Part shown: piece by piece, positions 60,720-64,000 of the stretch
Layout: each line of letters opens with the position of its first letter
Numbering within the stretch: position 1 is the stretch's first letter
DNA from: a virus
Taxonomy: Duplodnaviria; Caudoviricetes
Length of the DNA: 64,000 bases
Reading direction: 5' to 3' (one strand)
IMG/VR virus record: IMGVR_UViG_2907208306_000002
Coordinates: 1-64,000 of that record
Made by a program: the position numbers and the translations under genes
Notes under the pieces: model-generated
Databases searched by the model: none
Seen by the model: the letters and a program-made list of their open reading frames with translations, nothing else
What the model was told of the DNA's origin: nothing

Positions 60720-60814
60720 AAAGATACCTCCAATAAAATGTGCTATTAACATGTTTATCCAAAATGTCAATAGGTTATGCATTTATTTTCGTATACTATG
60801 AAAAAGGCTTGACA

Positions 60815-60828
60815 AGAACAAATGTTCC
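60815..60828. promoter_or_regulatory. LexA (Cheo) box immediately after TTGACA
   Basis: AGAAC-AAAT-GTTCC versus Firmicute consensus CGAAC-N4-GTTCG. Confidence 0.6.
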
Positions 60829-60947
60829 GTATTGTATAGGGGGTGTTTATTGGTTATAATAATAACATAAATATAATAATACAACTTAAAAAGACATATT
60901 ATAGTGTTGAGAATAGTTTGATTAATTACAAAAACTAAATATAGGAG

Positions 60948-61349
60948 TTGTTAAATAAGATGGCTGTAGCAATTAATAATAAAGTACATAATGAAGCAGT
61001 AAAACAATTTGAAATTTGGCTTGCTGACCTTGGTGATGAATCTAAGGGATCTGTGCAAAGAGGTGTAAGACCAGTAATCATTATTTCGAATGACAAAAGT
61101 AATAAATTTGCACCAATAGTGATGGTATCACCGATAACAAGTAGTTCTACAAAAGCTAAGATTCCTACGCATGTTAGTTTAAAAGCAGATGAAGTTGGAT
61201 TTATTCATGACAGTGTTATTTTGTTTGAGCAGCATCTAACAATTGATAAGAGCCAATTAATTCATAAGTTAGTTGACATGCCGGTTCGTTATGAAGATCA
61301 ATTATTGAGAGCATTAGAAATTAGTACTACACGTATGTTCAGTAGATAG
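60948..61349 (+). CDS. mazF: PemK/MazF-family endoribonuclease
   Basis: EIWLADL..GSVQRGVRPVIIISND..PITSS..KIPTHV..DSVILFEQ..IDK. Confidence 0.88.
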   Translation: MLNKMAVAINNKVHNEAVKQFEIWLADLGDESKGSVQRGVRPVIIISNDKSNKFAPIVMVSPITSSSTKAKIPTHVSLKADEVGFIHDSVILFEQHLTIDKSQLIHKLVDMPVRYEDQLLRALEISTTRMFSR

Positions 61350-61455
61350 TTAACAAATATAAAATAAAACAAATAAATGTAAATAAATCGGAGGAATTTA
61401 TCATGAAGATTTATTTATTGTAAGCTCCAGTGGAATCCGTCTGGAGCTTCTTGTC

Positions 61456-61665
61456 TTATTTATTTTTAAGAATCAATAAATCAGAAACATCTATCTCTAA
61501 CTCATCGCAGATTAGTGCAATATTATTAAGTGGCAAATGCCTTGATTTGTTATTGCACATCTCAGATATAGTAGGGTGTCGGATGCCAGTCCTTTTCGCA
61601 AGTTCTCTAGCACTCATTCCCTTTTTGTCTAATATGTATTGAAGATTAATAAAGATATACGACAT
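61456..61665 (-). CDS. XRE/Cro-type HTH regulator
   Basis: SARELAKRTGIRHPTISEMCNN; ATG at 61665. Confidence 0.85.
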   Translation of the reverse strand: MSYIFINLQYILDKKGMSARELAKRTGIRHPTISEMCNNKSRHLPLNNIALICDELEIDVSDLLILKNK

Positions 61666-61862
61666 TTTCTTCCCCCAAATGAATACTAAAAACGGTTGAC
61701 AATGTAAATTGAAAAGTCTATATTGATAATAGGTTGTTACGATTTGCGTAACAAAATTAAGGCATGACAAAAAGCTCCCCCTTATATGGTGGGAGCTTAT
61801 TCCAGTTTATTCTAACAGATTCAATAAATCTTTTACAACATCTTTGCGGAGGCAGCTAGAAT

Positions 61863-62042
61863 ATGATAAATAATAAAAGGTATGTTCTTCAAAAATTTAT
61901 TTCTTATGATGAAAAAGCTAAGTTAGAGACATGGATGATTACAACTATCAAAAGCGATAACTTGGATGCATTAATGAACTTTCTTTCTAATGGTTATCGT
62001 ATCTTTGATACAGTTTCTAATAAAGAAGTGATAAGAAATTAA
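61863..62042 (+). CDS. 59-aa hypothetical protein
   Basis: GGAGG upstream; open frame. Confidence 0.5.
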   Translation: MINNKRYVLQKFISYDEKAKLETWMITTIKSDNLDALMNFLSNGYRIFDTVSNKEVIRN

Positions 62043-62162
62043 TTAATTCAAGTGTATTTTATCTTGATTAAAGATCTAGTTTTTTTACTAAAATAACTAG
62101 ATTTAAACACATTACTGTAATATTCTTATAAGTATAAATAAGTAGCAATAATAAGGTGATTT

Positions 62163-62642
62163 ATGGAAAAAGATAGTAAGAATGATAAATTATATATTAT
62201 GAAATACACTTTAAGCAGTGGGATTAGAGGTACAGTACCATTATCGACTAATAGTATTAATGACTGGTTGGAATGCTACAATTTAAATAAAGTCTTTATT
62301 ACTAAGATTGGTACTGAGTACTTTGGACTAGATCCTAAATATGTAGCTGATTTCAAAGTACATAATGAGCAGCATGATAGTTTTAAGAATGATAGTAAAC
62401 ACTTTGATTCATTAAGTGAAGCATATAACATAGAGAAGATAATTATAAAAGTAGATTGTAAGTGTAACACTATATACAACACTGAATTATCGTATTACAC
62501 AAGTAAGTGGTATTGTAGTAAGTGCAAAGAATCTGTATATCATGATAAAAACTATTCAGAAACTAAGAGTGACAAAAGAACTATTTTGTATTTTACAAAC
62601 AAACATCAATCTGAACATGTGTGTAGTCTGAATGAACTGTAG
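62163..62642 (+). CDS. Hypothetical protein with C-terminal Zn ribbon
   Basis: CKC..WYCSKC; AAGGTGA RBS. Confidence 0.6.
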   Translation: MEKDSKNDKLYIMKYTLSSGIRGTVPLSTNSINDWLECYNLNKVFITKIGTEYFGLDPKYVADFKVHNEQHDSFKNDSKHFDSLSEAYNIEKIIIKVDCKCNTIYNTELSYYTSKWYCSKCKESVYHDKNYSETKSDKRTILYFTNKHQSEHVCSLNEL

Positions 62643-62720
62643 AAGTATATTTACATTGTATATTTCGATTGTATTTTGCTATACTTATATATATGTACAT
62701 AATAAGGGGTGAGCTATGAC

Positions 62721-64000
62721 TTGAAAAAAGACCGCGAAGAACTTGAGGTTAACTTAAGGAATGTTATTGATGACAATAAACATAAGACAAAAATGCTTGC
62801 GAAAATAAATGACTTTCTTGATGAATATGGAATATTACCAGGCTTTATCAATGACATTGCAAGAAGTACCACATCACTTTCTAATTTAGAAACACACTTA
62901 CTTATAGTGGTAACAGACGCTGTGTATCGAGTTACAGGTGATGGCAGGATTATCAGTCAGGATTACTTTTCTAAGTCTGAATTAGATAAATCTTTAGAGC
63001 TTACCAGACAGAAATCAAATAAAATGAATTTAGAATTACCAATTGAAATATCTAATGTTTTAAATGTAGATCAACTAACATATTTCACTAAAATTGATAT
63101 AAAACTCTTAGTTGATATGTTTCACTCTAAATTGATAATTTACGATTATGAGACTCAAAGAAGTGCAAAATATCGTATGGGTAAAGATGGAGTAGTTCCA
63201 GTTCCTGATGTGAATAAGAAGAGTGTAGATGACATTGCTAAGCACATGTTAGAGGGCACTTATTTACCAGACATGTTGACTTTGAATGTCTATTCTGAAG
63301 AAGTTGAACCATTAAGTTATGACGAAAGAAATAAAATTCTCACAATCAATAAAGGATCAAGCATTTCTATTCTAGATGGATTCCATCGCCTACAGGGTGG
63401 AGTTAAGGCCTTAACTATAAACCCTAATCTGTGCTTAGAATTACTCTTATCGATAAGATCTTATGATACAGAGATAGCTAAGAAATACTTTGGGCAGATA
63501 AATACAATAAACGTTGTAAAGAAGGAGAGACTTAAAGAACTTAAGTCAGAAAACTGGTCTGTTGCTGTCGTAAGAGATCTTCAACAAAAGTCAGAATTAA
63601 AGGGTAATAAGATTGCTTCTGCTGCAAACATAAGTGAAATTGCTGGCCAACTAACGACATTTGATATTATGTCTTATGGAGTTGAACAGATTTTTTCTCC
63701 AGATAATTTCTTAGAATATAAAGAAGTAGCAAATTATCTTACTGAGTTTTTTGGATATTTAACTGGTCACTTCTATGATGAATTCATTTCCAATCCAAGC
63801 GCATATCGTAAAACATATGTTAATCATCCTCTGATGTTCTTAGGATATATTCAGATTGCAAAGAATTTTAAAGATCAGAACAAGGATTTAAGTGAAGTAT
63901 CTCACATTAAATCCTCAATAAATTTTGATGATAAAGAGTTGATAAACATTTTGAATAGTAAGAGCGGAATAAACTCAAATAGAGTAAGAAATCAAATAAT
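62721..64000 (+). CDS. YopQ/DndB-like (DGQHR-type) protein, truncated by window end
   Basis: Not in the ORF track. TTG start, MKKDREELE..YDYETQR..ILDGFHRL..YFGQINT. Confidence 0.75.
   Translation, partial: MKKDREELEVNLRNVIDDNKHKTKMLAKINDFLDEYGILPGFINDIARSTTSLSNLETHLLIVVTDAVYRVTGDGRIISQDYFSKSELDKSLELTRQKSNKMNLELPIEISNVLNVDQLTYFTKIDIKLLVDMFHSKLIIYDYETQRSAKYRMGKDGVVPVPDVNKKSVDDIAKHMLEGTYLPDMLTLNVYSEEVEPLSYDERNKILTINKGSSISILDGFHRLQGGVKALTINPNLCLELLLSIRSYDTEIAKKYFGQINTINVVKKERLKELKSENWSVAVVRDLQQKSELKGNKIASAANISEIAGQLTTFDIMSYGVEQIFSPDNFLEYKEVANYLTEFFGYLTGHFYDEFISNPSAYRKTYVNHPLMFLGYIQIAKNFKDQNKDLSEVSHIKSSINFDDKELINILNSKSGINSNRVRNQI

Larger units (their letters stand above)
1..64000. mobile_element. 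SPbeta-like temperate phage/prophage (partial)
   Basis: Gene order RNAP-HU-YonK-phosphoesterase-terminase-portal-protease-capsid-tail-Tyr recombinase-TMP-baseplate-holin follows the SPbeta yon/yom cluster. No host housekeeping genes or att junction seen. Confidence 0.93.

Noticed and set aside
61404-61424. MKIYLL mini-ORF with strong RBS as an arbitrium-like peptide
   Set aside because: No signal peptide and no AimR receptor; probably a gene remnant.
1-64000. tRNA/rRNA genes and attL/attR
   Set aside because: None recognised by eye; covariance-model searches were not run.

Overview
The whole window is part of a large SPbeta-like temperate siphophage or prophage from a spore-forming Bacillales host (Paenibacillus-like is my inference). 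Minus strand, 1-40043: the late module, with holin, tail fibre, baseplate, a ~2320-aa tape measure protein carrying an NlpC/P60 domain, a variable locus (lipoprotein, Wzy/O-antigen-ligase-like membrane protein, beta-helix depolymerase), a tyrosine recombinase, tail and head genes, portal, terminase, YonK, PIN-PhoH, HU and the YonO-type RNA polymerase. Plus strand, from 40253: a second tyrosine recombinase, an internally deleted RecD2-like gene, a wHTH initiator with iterons, a strand-skewed non-coding region containing SRAP, two GIY-YIG genes, many small early genes behind repeated sigmaA promoters, RsfA, an orphan MazF with an SOS box, and a YopQ/DndB-like gene running off the end. The most striking unexplained signal is an 18-bp interrupted palindrome, RTRAAA-N6-TTTYAY. 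I found 12 exact and several near copies, all intergenic and mostly overlapping or just after a stop codon, often directly before the next RBS. Two copies are paired at an identical 38-bp offset with an identical 21-bp second element; one of these lies just downstream of the late-operon tyrosine recombinase. This is a candidate phage gene-cassette (integron- or pdif-like) system. All calls come from manual reading; no database searches were run.
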